Source: an uncultured Gemmatimonadales bacterium
Lineage (GTDB): Bacteria; Gemmatimonadota; Gemmatimonadetes; Longimicrobiales; RSA9
Direction: 5' to 3'
Assembly: GCA_963798845.1 (NCBI GenBank)
Contig: CAWCUS010000002.1
Location: forward strand, 800,001-864,000
Length of the DNA: 64,000 nt
The first letter of the stretch is position 1. Each line of letters begins with the position of its first letter. Below are positions 1 through 12,814 of the stretch, piece by piece. The position numbers were made by a program, and so were the translations under genes. A model generated the notes under the pieces. The model did not search any database. It saw nothing but the letters and a program-made list of their open reading frames with translations, and had not been told where the DNA came from.

Positions 1-1948
<1,948 letters not shown>

Positions 1949-2021
1949 CGCGGGATCCACGGAAACGTCCACTTCCGGACAGGGCACGTGAACGCGCTAC
2001 GGCCCACGTGACGAGGCGGCC

Positions 2022-2597
2022 ATGAAGGTTGGCGTCTTCGGCGGCACGTTCGACCCGCCGCACCTGGGGCACCTGGTCGCCGCGCAGGAGATCCACGCGC
2101 AGCTGCGCCTCGACCGGCTGCTGCTGGTGCCCGCGGCCGTGCCACCCCACAAGCAGGACCGGGAGGTTTCTCCGGGCGACGTGCGGCTCGAGATGCTGCG
2201 CGCTGCCGTGGGCGACGACCGCCGTTTCGAGGTCAGCAACGTGGAGCTGCGGCGGGGGGGCGCTTCGTACACGGTGGACACGCTCCGGACGCTGCGGGAG
2301 CGCCACGGCGCCACCGTGAGGCTGTTCCTCGCCATGGGCGCCGACCAGGCCGGCGAGTTCGATACCTGGCGGGAGCCCGACGCCGTCGCGGAGCTGGCCA
2401 CGCTCGCGCTGTTCGCCCGCGAAGGTCAGGCGGTGCCGGATCTCCCCGGCCGCCGCGTCGCCCACGTCACCGTTCCCACCCTCGAGGTCTCCTCCACCGA
2501 CATCCGCCGGCGCGTCCGTTCCGGCGAGCCGATCCGGTTCCTGGTCCCGGACCCGGTCGCCGCGATCATCCGCAGGGAAGGGTTGTACACCGCGTAG
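2022..2597 (+). CDS. nadD: Nicotinate-nucleotide adenylyltransferase
   Basis: GVFGGTFDPPHLGH, SYTVDTL, MGAD and VSSTDIRRR motifs; GAGG RBS. Confidence 0.95.
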   Translation: MKVGVFGGTFDPPHLGHLVAAQEIHAQLRLDRLLLVPAAVPPHKQDREVSPGDVRLEMLRAAVGDDRRFEVSNVELRRGGASYTVDTLRTLRERHGATVRLFLAMGADQAGEFDTWREPDAVAELATLALFAREGQAVPDLPGRRVAHVTVPTLEVSSTDIRRRVRSGEPIRFLVPDPVAAIIRREGLYTA

Positions 2598-2655
2598 GCG
2601 CTCCCCCCAGCCACGGCTTGGCTCGTCCGGTCCGGCTATGGACGCGCCCCGCTGA

Positions 2656-3147
2656 CTACCGCACGATCCAGGCGGTGCCGCCGACCACCAGGATGACCAG
2701 GGCAGCGGCGATCTTGACGAAAGCGGCGACGGCGCGGGCCAGCACGACGCCCCAGCCGACCCGGGACGCGGCGGCCACGTCCCGGGACTCGTACAGGGCC
2801 ACCGCGGCGGCGCCGACGAATGAGCCGAGCACGCCGGCCACGACCGGGCCGACGACGGGGACGGGCACGCCCACGAAGACGCCGGCGGTGCCGCCGGCGA
2901 TGGCGCCCCAGAAGGCCGCGGGGGAGCCGCCGTACCGGGCGCTCATGTTCCGGACAATGAGGAACTCGAGGAGCTCGGCGGCGGCGGCGAGCAGGACGAC
3001 GGCGAGGATGACGGCCCAGCCCACGGCACCGAGGAGGCCGCCGAGGGCGACGATCCCGACCATGATCCAGAGGCCGGGCCAGCCGAGAGGGATGAGCAGG
3101 ATGCAGAGGAACATCAGCGCGGCGGCAGCGATGCCCACGATGCTCAA
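2656..3147 (-). CDS. DUF456-family membrane protein
   Basis: Hydrophobic 163-aa protein with PLGWPG, 'ARYGGS..AFWGAIAGG' and 'G.FVGA...LYE' patterns. Confidence 0.75.
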   Translation of the reverse strand: MSIVGIAAAALMFLCILLIPLGWPGLWIMVGIVALGGLLGAVGWAVILAVVLLAAAAELLEFLIVRNMSARYGGSPAAFWGAIAGGTAGVFVGVPVPVVGPVVAGVLGSFVGAAAVALYESRDVAAASRVGWGVVLARAVAAFVKIAAALVILVVGGTAWIVR

Positions 3148-3159
3148 GCGGTCCTCCCC

Positions 3160-3891
3160 GTGGCGGTGATCCGCGAGTGGCCGGCCCCGGAACGTCCGCG
3201 GGAGCGGCTGCGGTCGGCGGGACCCGGTGCATTATCCGTGCGTGAGCTCCTGGCCATCCTGGTGGGGAGCGGGACGGGCGGCAAGCGAGGGACCGTCGGG
3301 GCGGGGGGTGGCGGCGGGGCACGGACGGCGGTGGATGTGGCCGCCGAGCTGGTGCGCGTGGCGGACGGGTCGCTCCGCCGCCTGGCGTCGCTGGCGCCAG
3401 CGACGCTGGAGCGGGTGCCGGGGGTGGGCGGGGCGGTGTCGGCCAGGCTGTCGGCCGCGCTGGAGCTGGGACGTCGCCTGGCTCAGGAGGGGCCGGCGGA
3501 GCGAGGGCGCATCTCGGGTCCGCGCGACGTGTACGAGCGGTGCGCGCCGACCATGCGCGACCTCTCGCACGAGGAGTTCCGGGTTCTGCTGCTGAACACG
3601 CAGCACGCGGTGGTGCGGGAAGTCACGGTGTCGCGGGGGGTGCTGGACGGGTCGGTGGTGCACCCGCGGGAGGTGTTCCGGGAAGCGATCGTCGAGACGG
3701 CCGCGGCGGTGGTGCTGGTTCACAACCACCCGTCGGGGGACCCGGGACCGTCGGCGGAGGACCGGCAGGTGACGGCGCAGCTGGCGGAGGCGGGGCGGCT
3801 GGTCGGCATCCCCGTGCTGGACCACGTGATCATCGGCGATGGCCGCTACCTCTCGTTCGTGGAAGCAGGGCTCCTGTCGGCGGCGGCCTGA
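3160..3891 (+). CDS. radC: RadC/UPF0758 family protein (HhH plus JAB/MPN domain)
   Basis: ERPRERL, ELLAILVGSG, VHPREVF, HNHPSGDP.PS.ED and LDHVIIG motifs. Confidence 0.95.
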   Translation: MAVIREWPAPERPRERLRSAGPGALSVRELLAILVGSGTGGKRGTVGAGGGGGARTAVDVAAELVRVADGSLRRLASLAPATLERVPGVGGAVSARLSAALELGRRLAQEGPAERGRISGPRDVYERCAPTMRDLSHEEFRVLLLNTQHAVVREVTVSRGVLDGSVVHPREVFREAIVETAAAVVLVHNHPSGDPGPSAEDRQVTAQLAEAGRLVGIPVLDHVIIGDGRYLSFVEAGLLSAAA

Positions 3892-3939
3892 TCGGGTGCC
3901 CATCCGCCTCCCGCTGCCCGACCTCGGACCGGGACGGCG

Positions 3940-6630
3940 TCAAAGCCGCGAGATCAGCAGCAGGAGCGTTCCGACGCTGGTGGCGATCTGGATCACATCG
4001 CCCACCAGGCCGCGGACATCGGGGCGGTCGTCCTCGGGAACCAGCGGCACGGTCACCGTGCTGCCGGGCGCGGGGACGGGTCGTCGCTTGAACACCAGGA
4101 TCCGCTCGCGAACGGAGCCCTGCCCGTTGGCGTAGCGGACGTACACGTTGTCGCGGTCGGCGTGGCGCGCGTATCCCCCCGCGCTGGAGACGTAGTAGTC
4201 CAGCCCGGCGCCCTCGCGGTAGAGCACGGAGGCGGGCGAGTTCACGGCGCCCTGGACCACCACCACCGGGTTGTACTCGGCCACGTTCATGGAGTCGCCG
4301 GGGAGGATGATCAGGTCGGCGGGCGATCCGGGGTGCTCGAGCGCCTCCTCCAGGTCCACGTTGACCAGGCTGCTGTCCCTGTAGAGCTGAAAGCCCCGGG
4401 GGAACGCCGTGCGCGTGAGCCCGCCCGCGCGCTGCACCAGCTCCGACAGCCGCTCGTCCTTCGAGCGCAGCGCATAACTGCCCGGGTAGCGCACTTCGCC
4501 CTGCAGCGAGACCGTCCGCTCCGGCTCCAGGTTCGCCATCCGGCGCACGAACACGTGGTCGTGGGGCTCGAGCCGGACGGTGTCCGCGGAACGCAGTGCT
4601 CCCGTTTCGGCACCGGGCTGGGCTCCGCCATGGGCGCGGATCGCCGGTTCGGAGACGATCGCGGAGGGGCCGAGCTGAACGGTGACGGTCTCGGCGAGCT
4701 TCCCGGCGGCGCGCTCGGCGGGGTCGGGACGACGCGAGATCTCGACCGTCAGGTCCGCGTCGGGGGTGAGCCCGCCCGCCTGCAGGACGAGGTCGGCGAG
4801 CGTCATGCCCTCGTGATAGGGGACCTGGAGCCGCGGTCCCCGCCGCACCTCGCCCGTGATCTGGACCGCCAGCGAGTCGCGGAAGTCCGTGCGCGAGAAT
4901 ACCCGGATGGCGTCGTGCTCCTCCAGCTGCGGGTTCTCCACGGGCACGCCATCGCGGGTGGCGAGGGAGAACGGGACCACGTGGAGCGTGGAGTCGGAGG
5001 GGTCGAGGCGCACGATCTGGCCGCGCGGGCGGTACGCGTCCGGGCGCAGCCCCTCCACGGCCTCGATGGCGTCCCACGCCCGCATGCCGGGCCGGAACGC
5101 CACTGTGCAGAGCTGGCGCGTGGCCGAGTCGGGCATCACGGGCGGGAAGCCCGCACTGTCCGGGCGCGCCGAGGGCGCCGTGGGTGGCGCGGTGTCGGGC
5201 GGCTCGGCAGGCAGTCGCGGAGCGCAGTCCTTCCAGACCGCACCGGCCACCGTGACCACGTTCCTCACCTCGGAGCGGACGCGGAAGATCCTCAGCTCAT
5301 CGCCGTCTTCCAGCACGGGCGCGGGGGCCTTCCCGCCCAGGACCGCCGCCAGGTCGACCTCCACCACTGTCCGATCGATGCCCGGCTGCGTGCGCTGCGA
5401 CGGCGGCAGGATCCGGGTGACCGTGGCCCGGCCCGTCGCGGCCGGGGCGGTGAGGCCGCCCGCGAACTGGAGGACATCCAGCAGCGTCTCGCCAGGGATC
5501 AGCTCGTACAGGGCCGGGCGCACCACCTCGCCCTTCACCGCCACCTGCGGACCGTGGACGGGAACGAAGATGACATCGCCCGGCTGGAGCACCGCGCGGC
5601 TCACGTCCTCCCCTCGGGTGAGATAGCCGTACAGGTCGACCTGCCCGACCAGCTTCCCGCCACGCATGACGCGCACGGACCGGAAGCTCCCTTCCGGCCG
5701 CGGGCCGCCGGCGAGGTAGAGGGCGTTGAGAACGGAAGCGACAGGGCTCCCCATGTAGGACCCGGGACGCATCACCTCGCCGGTGAGAAAGAGCTGGTTC
5801 GACCGCAGCCGGCCGAGCGCCACTTCGACGTGCGCGGTGGGCTGCGGCTCCGCGGTGATGCCGGAGTACGAGCGGGCGAGCGCAGAGCGGAGGCGTTCGC
5901 GCAGGTCGGCCAGCGTGAGGCCGTTCACCCACACCTGCCCGACCTGCGGGATGACGACGAGCCCCTCGCGGCTCACTGGAAGCGTGTAGGACCTCTCCAC
6001 ATCACCGGTCAGGATCACCACCAGCTCGTCGCCGGGGCCCACGCGGTAGTCCGGAGGCACGGGCCCCATCGAGAGCGGCTCGAACTCGTTGCCCTCTCGC
6101 GCGAACGTGCGCAGCCCGAACACCCGGACACCGTACTCCCTCTCCATCGGCAATGAGTCCGGCATGAGGAGGTCCGTGCGCCGTGGCGGCGGCGCGGCGG
6201 TGTCCGGGGCCGGCTTCGGAGTCGGCGCGGGCGCCGTGGTGTCGGCGGCAGGACGGATGTTCAGTGCCCGGAGCGCGGCGAGGACGTCCGCCCCGGGCGT
6301 GGGCGGGGCAGGGATGTCCGGGTCCAGGTACGGATCGAGGATCGAGGGATCGTAACCCCTGGACGCGAGCTGCTGCCGGAGCTGGTCCGGCGTTCGCCCG
6401 GACCCGAGGAGCTGCTGCCGCAGGCGAGCGCCCTCGCCGCCCTGCAGCGCCGGCGGCGGGTTGGTCAGGCCCGTGGGCTCCTGCGCCCGCACGCCTCCGG
6501 CGGACACTGCGAGCGCGCAAAGGGAGAGCACGATGGGCGTGGCGCGGCCCGGTGCGCGGCGGGCAGCCCGCAGGAGCATGCGGAAGCGCGCCAGGTGCAG
6601 CTCTTCGATCGCGACGTTCGGGATCGACAT
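3940..6630 (-). CDS. Polysaccharide export protein with multiple SLBB domains (Wza/KpsD-like); start uncertain (6630 or 6579)
   Basis: Signal peptide ending VRA-QEP; DYRVGPGDELVV Poly_export motif; repeated GEV..PG.Y...AGG SLBB units; C-terminal amphipathic helix. Confidence 0.88.
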   Translation of the reverse strand: MSIPNVAIEELHLARFRMLLRAARRAPGRATPIVLSLCALAVSAGGVRAQEPTGLTNPPPALQGGEGARLRQQLLGSGRTPDQLRQQLASRGYDPSILDPYLDPDIPAPPTPGADVLAALRALNIRPAADTTAPAPTPKPAPDTAAPPPRRTDLLMPDSLPMEREYGVRVFGLRTFAREGNEFEPLSMGPVPPDYRVGPGDELVVILTGDVERSYTLPVSREGLVVIPQVGQVWVNGLTLADLRERLRSALARSYSGITAEPQPTAHVEVALGRLRSNQLFLTGEVMRPGSYMGSPVASVLNALYLAGGPRPEGSFRSVRVMRGGKLVGQVDLYGYLTRGEDVSRAVLQPGDVIFVPVHGPQVAVKGEVVRPALYELIPGETLLDVLQFAGGLTAPAATGRATVTRILPPSQRTQPGIDRTVVEVDLAAVLGGKAPAPVLEDGDELRIFRVRSEVRNVVTVAGAVWKDCAPRLPAEPPDTAPPTAPSARPDSAGFPPVMPDSATRQLCTVAFRPGMRAWDAIEAVEGLRPDAYRPRGQIVRLDPSDSTLHVVPFSLATRDGVPVENPQLEEHDAIRVFSRTDFRDSLAVQITGEVRRGPRLQVPYHEGMTLADLVLQAGGLTPDADLTVEISRRPDPAERAAGKLAETVTVQLGPSAIVSEPAIRAHGGAQPGAETGALRSADTVRLEPHDHVFVRRMANLEPERTVSLQGEVRYPGSYALRSKDERLSELVQRAGGLTRTAFPRGFQLYRDSSLVNVDLEEALEHPGSPADLIILPGDSMNVAEYNPVVVVQGAVNSPASVLYREGAGLDYYVSSAGGYARHADRDNVYVRYANGQGSVRERILVFKRRPVPAPGSTVTVPLVPEDDRPDVRGLVGDVIQIATSVGTLLLLISRL

Positions 6631-6828
6631 ACGCGGGCGTCCAGTCGTTTCGCATAGGGGTTGACCACAGCGGGGCTCCCCCGAGCAGGGGTCGGCCCGC
6701 TGGCGGCCCGGGGAGTGCATCCGTAGCTTCACAGCAGGGCCCCGAACCGGCATCGAAATCCGGTGTAGCAAAGTTCGGCCCACCGCCGGTCGGAAGGCGC
6801 CCGGCGGGAATCACTGTCCGGAGGACCC

Positions 6829-9111
6829 ATGAATCCCACGGCATCGGCGGAGAGCCGACGCACGCCCGCGAGCGGAGACGGCGAGGGCGGTGTCGCTTCA
6901 CCCGACGGGGACGCCGAGGCGCGCGTGGCGGAGGCACTGGAGCGCCTTCCGCAGCGGCTGCGGGACGCCGTGGAGCCGTTCCGGGAGCGTCTGGACATCC
7001 CGCTGATCGCCGACGCCTACGTGTTCGCGGAGGACGCGCACCGGGGCCAGAAGCGGGCGAGCGGCGAGTCGTTCATCGTCCACACGACGGAGGTCTCCCG
7101 CATCCTGGCGGAGCTGCACCTGGACACGGTCTCGGTGGCCGCCGGGCTTATCCACGACACGGTGGAGGACACATCGCGCACGCTCGACGACGTGCGCTCG
7201 AAGTTCGGCGACGAGATCGCCCGCGTGGTGGATGGGGTCACGAAGATCGGGAAGGTGGAGTTCCGCTCGTCGACCGAGCAGCAGGTGGAGAACTACCGGA
7301 AGCTGCTGCTCAGCATGGCGAGCGACGCGCGCGTGATCCTCATCAAGCTGGTCGACCGGCTGCACAACATGCGGACGCTGGACCACCTGCGTCCGGACAA
7401 GCGCCGCCGGATCGCGCTGGAGACGCGCGAGATCTACGCTCCGCTCGCCCACCGCCTGGGGATGGCGCAGATCAAGTGGGAGCTGGAGGACCTGGCCTTC
7501 AAGCACCTGGAAACGGAAGGGTACCGGGACCTGGTGAAGAAGGTGAAGGACCGTCGTGCGGAGCGGGAGCAGTGGGTGGAAGCGCTGCGTCGCCCGCTCG
7601 CGGATGAGCTGCGCAAGGCGGGCATCCCGTGCGAGGTCTATGGTCGCCCGAAGCACCTCTGGTCGATCTACCGGAAGATGGAGCACCGGGACCGGCCGTA
7701 CGAGGAGATCTACGACCTCATGGCGATCCGGGTGATCACGGACAGCGTGGCCAACTGCTATCACGCGCTTGGGATCATCCACAACCAGTGGACGCCGCTC
7801 CAGGAGCGCTTCCACGACTACATCGCCACGCCCAAGTCGAACATGTACCGCTCGCTCCACACCACCATCTTCGGGCCCGGCGGGCGCCTGTACGAGATCC
7901 AGATCCGGACCGGCGAGATGCACCGCACCGCGGAGTACGGGATCGCGGCGCACTGGAAGTACAAGGAAGGGCGGGCCACGCCCACCCAGGGTGACGAGGT
8001 GGACGACACCCTGACCTGGTTCCGCCAGGTGCTGGAGTGGCAGCAGGACACGCGCGAGCCGGACGAGTTCATGGAGTTCCTCCGGATCGACCTGTTCCAG
8101 GACGAGATCTTCGTCTTCACGCCCAAGGGCGACGTGAAGCAGCTGCCCAAGGGGGCAACGCCCATCGACTTCGCCTTCGCGGTCCACACCGAAGTGGGGC
8201 TCCGCTGCTCGGGCGCACGCCTGAACGGGCGCATCACCCCGCTCAGCCGCGAGCTGAAGAACGGCGACACGGTGGAGATCATGACGGACGAGCGGCAGCG
8301 TCCGTCGCGCGACTGGCTAGGCTTCGTCAAGACCGCGCGCGCCCGGCAGAAGATCCGGCAGTGGATCCGGCAGGAGGAGTTCGACAGCTCGCTGAAGCTG
8401 GGGCGCGAGATCCTGGACCGGGAGCTCAAGAAGCGGCGAACGGGCAAGCCGGACGAGGCGGCGCGCACGAGCACGGCCGACGCGCTCGGGCTGCCCAGCT
8501 TCGAGCACGTGCTGGCGGGACTCGGTCGGGGCGACGTGGGGCTGAGCGCGATCCTGAAGGAAATGTTCCCGGAAGAGGACGTCACCGTCACCGAGCGGCA
8601 GCCCAGCGCTTTCGAGCGGCTGGTGGACCGGGTCCGGGGCGCCAGCAACGCCGTGCGGATCCAGGGGCTCGAGAACCTCATGGTCCGCTACTCACAGTGC
8701 TGCCAGCCCGTTCCGGGCGACAACGTGATCGGCTACATCACCCGCGGCCGGGGCATCAGCATCCACCGCAAGGACTGCCCGAACGTCCTCAACCTGTCCG
8801 AGCACCCCGAGCGGCGGGTCGAGATCGAGTGGAAAGCCGAGGCGGGTGACCGCTTCTTCGTTCGCCTCATCGTCGAAGGCGACGACCGCCGCGGCCTCCT
8901 CGGCGACATCGCCACCGCCGTCACCAACACCGCCACCAACATCTCGAGTGCCGAGATCCACGGCGTCGAGGGCGGCATGAACGGCTCTTTCGTGGTGGAG
9001 GTCGAGAACCTGGCCCACCTGAAGAAGGTGGTGCGCGCCATCCGCGGCGTGAAGGGCGTGCTCAGCGTCGAGCGGCGGGAGCATTTCGCGGAGAGCGACC
9101 TGGAGGCGTAG
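6829..9111 (+). CDS. rel: Bifunctional (p)ppGpp synthetase/hydrolase Rel
   Basis: Intact HD motif (LIHDTVEDT), DRLHNMRTL, KSNMYRSLHTT, TGS domain (TPIDFAFAVHT), CC.PVPGD and a C-terminal ACT domain. Confidence 0.96.
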   Translation: MNPTASAESRRTPASGDGEGGVASPDGDAEARVAEALERLPQRLRDAVEPFRERLDIPLIADAYVFAEDAHRGQKRASGESFIVHTTEVSRILAELHLDTVSVAAGLIHDTVEDTSRTLDDVRSKFGDEIARVVDGVTKIGKVEFRSSTEQQVENYRKLLLSMASDARVILIKLVDRLHNMRTLDHLRPDKRRRIALETREIYAPLAHRLGMAQIKWELEDLAFKHLETEGYRDLVKKVKDRRAEREQWVEALRRPLADELRKAGIPCEVYGRPKHLWSIYRKMEHRDRPYEEIYDLMAIRVITDSVANCYHALGIIHNQWTPLQERFHDYIATPKSNMYRSLHTTIFGPGGRLYEIQIRTGEMHRTAEYGIAAHWKYKEGRATPTQGDEVDDTLTWFRQVLEWQQDTREPDEFMEFLRIDLFQDEIFVFTPKGDVKQLPKGATPIDFAFAVHTEVGLRCSGARLNGRITPLSRELKNGDTVEIMTDERQRPSRDWLGFVKTARARQKIRQWIRQEEFDSSLKLGREILDRELKKRRTGKPDEAARTSTADALGLPSFEHVLAGLGRGDVGLSAILKEMFPEEDVTVTERQPSAFERLVDRVRGASNAVRIQGLENLMVRYSQCCQPVPGDNVIGYITRGRGISIHRKDCPNVLNLSEHPERRVEIEWKAEAGDRFFVRLIVEGDDRRGLLGDIATAVTNTATNISSAEIHGVEGGMNGSFVVEVENLAHLKKVVRAIRGVKGVLSVERREHFAESDLEA

Positions 9112-9194
9112 GCAGGTCGCGGGTCGATACCCGGCGCCGCTGCGCGGGGCGGGGCACCCCGCTGCCGCGCGAGCCACCTGCCGCGGTGCCGCGC

Positions 9195-10340
9195 CTACTC
9201 GCCGAACGCCTCGACGAGCACGTCCGCCACTTCGGGGCGCGTGAACTCCTTCGGCGGGCGCTCCCCCCGCGCCAGCATCTCGCGGACTTTCGTCCCGGAC
9301 AGGAAGACGTGCGCGTCCCTGCCGTGCGGGCACGTCTTGCGCGAGACCATCTGCTCGCAGCGCGTGCAGTACATGGCGTGCTCGAACTTGAGCGGCTGGA
9401 TTCCCAGCTTCTCCGTGTCCACCCGGTCGAAGATCGCCTGCGCGTCGTACGTGCCGTAGTAATTACCCACGCCCGCGTGGTCGCGGCCGACGATGAAGTG
9501 CGTACAGCCGTAGTTGCGGCGCATGATGGCGTGGAAGATGGCTTCGCGCGGCCCGGCGTAGCGCATTGCCGCGGGGAGCACGCTCAGCACCACGCGGTCC
9601 CGCGGATAGTAGTGCTCCAGGAGGGTGTCGTAGCACGCCATGCGGACGTCGGCCGGGATGTCGTCCTTCTTGGTGTCGCCCACCAGCGGGTGGAGCAGCA
9701 GGCCGTCCACCATCTCCAGCGCCGACTTCTGCAGGTACTCGTGCGCACGGTGCACCGGGTTCCGGGTCTGGAAAGCGACCACGGTCTTCCAACCCCGCCG
9801 GTCGAACTCGGCGCGCGTCTCGGCGGGTGTGAGGTTGCGCGCGGGGAAACCCGTGATGTCGCGCTCGTGGAAGTAGGTGATCGGCCCGGCCACGAGGTGG
9901 TCGCCGCGCGCGTCCAGCCGGGCGACGCCGGGGTGCTCCCGGTCCGTCGTCCCGTAAACCGCCGCGGCCTCCCGCTCACGGTCCCAGCCGTAGACATCCT
10001 CGACGCTCATCACCGCGGCCAGCTCGCCGTCCGGGGCGACGAGCGCGACCTCGTCGCCCGGTCCGAAGCCGGACGGATCCTCCACCGACAGCGTGACGGG
10101 AATGGACCAGGGGAGGCCGTTCTGAAGCGTCATGTCGTCGAGGACGCGTTCGTACGCGGCCTGCCCCATGAATCCCGTCAGCGGACTGAAGCCGCCTACG
10201 GCGACGAGGTAGAGGTCGGAGAGGGCAACGTCCGAAAGGCGGACGCGGGGAAGCGTCGTGGCGCGGTCGCGAAGGGCTGCGGCGTCGTCGCCGGAAAGAC
10301 GGCGGTCGACGAGGGTCCCACCATACGGCTCAATGGTCAT
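9195..10340 (-). CDS. sat: Sulfate adenylyltransferase (Sat type)
   Basis: Starts [44 protein letters not shown] and [10 protein letters not shown] motifs. Confidence 0.96.
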   Translation of the reverse strand: MTIEPYGGTLVDRRLSGDDAAALRDRATTLPRVRLSDVALSDLYLVAVGGFSPLTGFMGQAAYERVLDDMTLQNGLPWSIPVTLSVEDPSGFGPGDEVALVAPDGELAAVMSVEDVYGWDREREAAAVYGTTDREHPGVARLDARGDHLVAGPITYFHERDITGFPARNLTPAETRAEFDRRGWKTVVAFQTRNPVHRAHEYLQKSALEMVDGLLLHPLVGDTKKDDIPADVRMACYDTLLEHYYPRDRVVLSVLPAAMRYAGPREAIFHAIMRRNYGCTHFIVGRDHAGVGNYYGTYDAQAIFDRVDTEKLGIQPLKFEHAMYCTRCEQMVSRKTCPHGRDAHVFLSGTKVREMLARGERPPKEFTRPEVADVLVEAFGE

Positions 10341-10381
10341 GGGCTTCGATGACGAGGAACGGTTCCGGAGAGGGGCGCAAC

Positions 10382-12151
10382 CTAGGGGAGGTAGAGCGCC
10401 GAGACCAGCCAGACGACCAGGGCCACCACCATCGCCGTGAGCGGCGCGCCCAGGCGCGCGTAGTCGGAGAAGCGGTAGCCGCCGGCGCCGTACACCATGG
10501 TGTTGGTCTGGTAGCCGATCGGCGTGAGGAAGGAGGCGGATGCTGCCAGCGCGACGGCGATGGCGAAGCCGCGCGGGTCGGCGCCCACGTCCACGGCCGC
10601 CGTGTACCCGATCGGGAACAGGACCACCGCGGCCGCGTTGTTCGTGATCAGCTCCGTCAGGAGCACCGTCGCCAGCACGACGCCGAGCAGCGCTCCCGTG
10701 GGGCCGGCGGCGCCAAGCGAGGAGACGATCCCGCGGGCCAGGATGTCGGCGAGTCCGGACCCGTCCATGGCGGCGGCGAGGCCGAACGCGGCGGCGATGA
10801 CGAAGATGACGTCGAGGTCCACCGCGTCTCTCGCCTCCGCCGGGGTGAGGACGCGCAGCGCGAGCAGGGCGAGGGCGCCGAGGAGGGCCGCGTTGAGCAC
10901 GGGCATCACGCCGGTTGCGGCCGCCACCACGATGGCTGCCGCCACCGCGCCCACGATCCACGCCTGCCGGCTGGTGATGGGAGGGGAGCCGCCCAGCCGT
11001 GAGACGAGGAGGAAGTCGCTTCGGTTCCGCCAGCGATCCCGGAACCCGGGGTCCGCCAGGAGGAGGAGTGTGTCGCCGACTTTCAGCGGGACCCGGCCCA
11101 GCTTGTCGCGGACGCGGTGCCCGGCGCGGTGGATGGCAAGGACCGCCGCCTGGTAGCGACCCCGGAACTCGGATTCCTTCAGCGTGTGTCCGACCAGCGG
11201 GGAGGCTTCGCCCAGCACCACCTCGAAGAAGGTGTGGTCGGGACTGTCGAACAGCTCCAGGTGGTCCTGCTCGGCGGACACCAGCCCGCGACTGCGCTGC
11301 AGCTCCACCACGTCCTCCGCCTGCCCCACGAACGTGAGCCGGTCACCGCCGTGCAGGACGGTCTGCGGCGTCACCGGGGAGATCAGCTCGCGCTCCCTGC
11401 GGATCTCCACAAGGAACAGCCCGCGCAGGTTGCGGAGCGCGGCGGCCTCCACGGTGCGGCCGTCCACGGACCCGCCGTCCACCACGTCCATGTTGACGGC
11501 GAACTCGCGCACTTCCTCCGCTGCCTGCGCCATGGGCGAGCGGCGCGGCGGGAGGAGCGCAGGCGCCAGGAGGACGATGAGCCCGAGGCCGATGAGCGCC
11601 ACCGGCAGCCCGATCGGGGTGAGCTCGAACATGCCGAGCGGGGCCTGTCCCCGGGCCTGCAGGAGACCGGAGACCACGAGGTTCGTGGAGGTTCCGATCA
11701 GGGTGACCATCCCCCCGAGGATCGACGCGAAGGAGAGCGGCATCAGGAACCGGGACGCCGACTCCCGATGCCGCTCCGCCCACCCGGCGATCTGGGGCGC
11801 GAACATGGCCACCAGCGGGGTGTTGTTCAGGAACGCCGACGCCGCCGCCGCGGGCCCGACGATGCGGCCGAGCACCCGCCGCTCGCCGTCGGACTGACCC
11901 AGCACGGCGTTCACCAGCGGCTGGAGCGCCCCCGTCTTCTCCACCGCGGCCGCCAGGATGAAGAGGGCGGCGACCGTGATCGGGGCGGGGTTGGCGAAGC
12001 CGCTGAACGCTTGCTGCGGCGTCACCACTCCGGTGATCAGCAGCGCCACCACGCCGCTCAGCAGCGTCAACGACGGGGCGAACAGGTCACGGGCCAGCAC
12101 CACGACCACGGCGGCGACCACGGCGAGCGTGATCCAGGCGTCGCCGCTCAT
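10382..12151 (-). CDS. SLC13/DASS-family permease with TrkA-C domains (probable sulfate transporter)
   Basis: [18 protein letters not shown], two RCK-C repeats, [10 protein letters not shown] and [19 protein letters not shown] motifs; lies between sat and cysC. Confidence 0.9.
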   Translation of the reverse strand: MSGDAWITLAVVAAVVVVLARDLFAPSLTLLSGVVALLITGVVTPQQAFSGFANPAPITVAALFILAAAVEKTGALQPLVNAVLGQSDGERRVLGRIVGPAAAASAFLNNTPLVAMFAPQIAGWAERHRESASRFLMPLSFASILGGMVTLIGTSTNLVVSGLLQARGQAPLGMFELTPIGLPVALIGLGLIVLLAPALLPPRRSPMAQAAEEVREFAVNMDVVDGGSVDGRTVEAAALRNLRGLFLVEIRRERELISPVTPQTVLHGGDRLTFVGQAEDVVELQRSRGLVSAEQDHLELFDSPDHTFFEVVLGEASPLVGHTLKESEFRGRYQAAVLAIHRAGHRVRDKLGRVPLKVGDTLLLLADPGFRDRWRNRSDFLLVSRLGGSPPITSRQAWIVGAVAAAIVVAAATGVMPVLNAALLGALALLALRVLTPAEARDAVDLDVIFVIAAAFGLAAAMDGSGLADILARGIVSSLGAAGPTGALLGVVLATVLLTELITNNAAAVVLFPIGYTAAVDVGADPRGFAIAVALAASASFLTPIGYQTNTMVYGAGGYRFSDYARLGAPLTAMVVALVVWLVSALYLP

Positions 12152-12166
12152 CGGCAGCCGGCGGGC

Positions 12167-12793
12167 TCAGCCCGCCGCAGGCTCGGGCTCCGGGACCAGG
12201 TAGCCGTTGGACTCCAGGTAGCCCACGATCTGCTCCACGCACTCCTCCACAGACAGGTCCGTGGTGTGAACGGCCACCTCCGGGCTCGCCGGCTCCTCGT
12301 ACGGCGCCGAGATGCCCGTGAACTCCGCGATCTCGCCCGCCCGCGCCTTCCTGTAGAGGCCCTTGGGATCCCTCTCCTCGCACACCTCCAGCGGGGCTTC
12401 CACGTAGACCTCGATGAAGTCCCCCTCCGCCATGATCGCCCGAACGTTGTCCCGGTCCTCGCGATAGGGCGAGATGAACGCCGTCAGCACCACGGTCCCC
12501 GAGTCCGCGAACAGCTTCGCCACCTCGCCGATCCGGCGGATGTTTTCCGTCCGGTCCGCCGGGCTGAAGCCGAGGTCGCGGTTCAGGCCGTGCCGGATGT
12601 TGTCCCCATCCAGCACGTACGTCCGGCACCCGCGGCGGAACAGCTGCTCCTCCAGCGCCATGGCCAGCGTGCTCTTCCCCGACCCGCTCAGACCTGTCAG
12701 CCACAGCGTGACGCCGCGATGTCCCTGCACCGCTTCCCGCTGGTCCCGCGTCACGCGGCCTTTCGTCCAGTAGATGTGCTTCGATTTAGGCAT
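12167..12793 (-). CDS. cysC: Adenylyl-sulfate kinase
   Basis: [13 protein letters not shown]-loop, [17 protein letters not shown] and FTGISAPYE motifs. Confidence 0.97.
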   Translation of the reverse strand: MPKSKHIYWTKGRVTRDQREAVQGHRGVTLWLTGLSGSGKSTLAMALEEQLFRRGCRTYVLDGDNIRHGLNRDLGFSPADRTENIRRIGEVAKLFADSGTVVLTAFISPYREDRDNVRAIMAEGDFIEVYVEAPLEVCEERDPKGLYRKARAGEIAEFTGISAPYEEPASPEVAVHTTDLSVEECVEQIVGYLESNGYLVPEPEPAAG

Positions 12794-12814
12794 GTGCCCG
12801 CTATTTCCCGTCGT

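Noticed and set aside
3160..3891. radC as a marker of a mobile or anti-restriction element
   Set aside because: It is the full-length chromosomal type with an N-terminal HhH region, among housekeeping genes, with no mobility genes nearby.
9111..9195. Bidirectional terminator or REP between the convergent rel and sat genes
   Set aside because: Only short imperfect complementarity (GGCAGGT/ACCTGCC) and no U-tract; not distinguishable from chance at this GC content.
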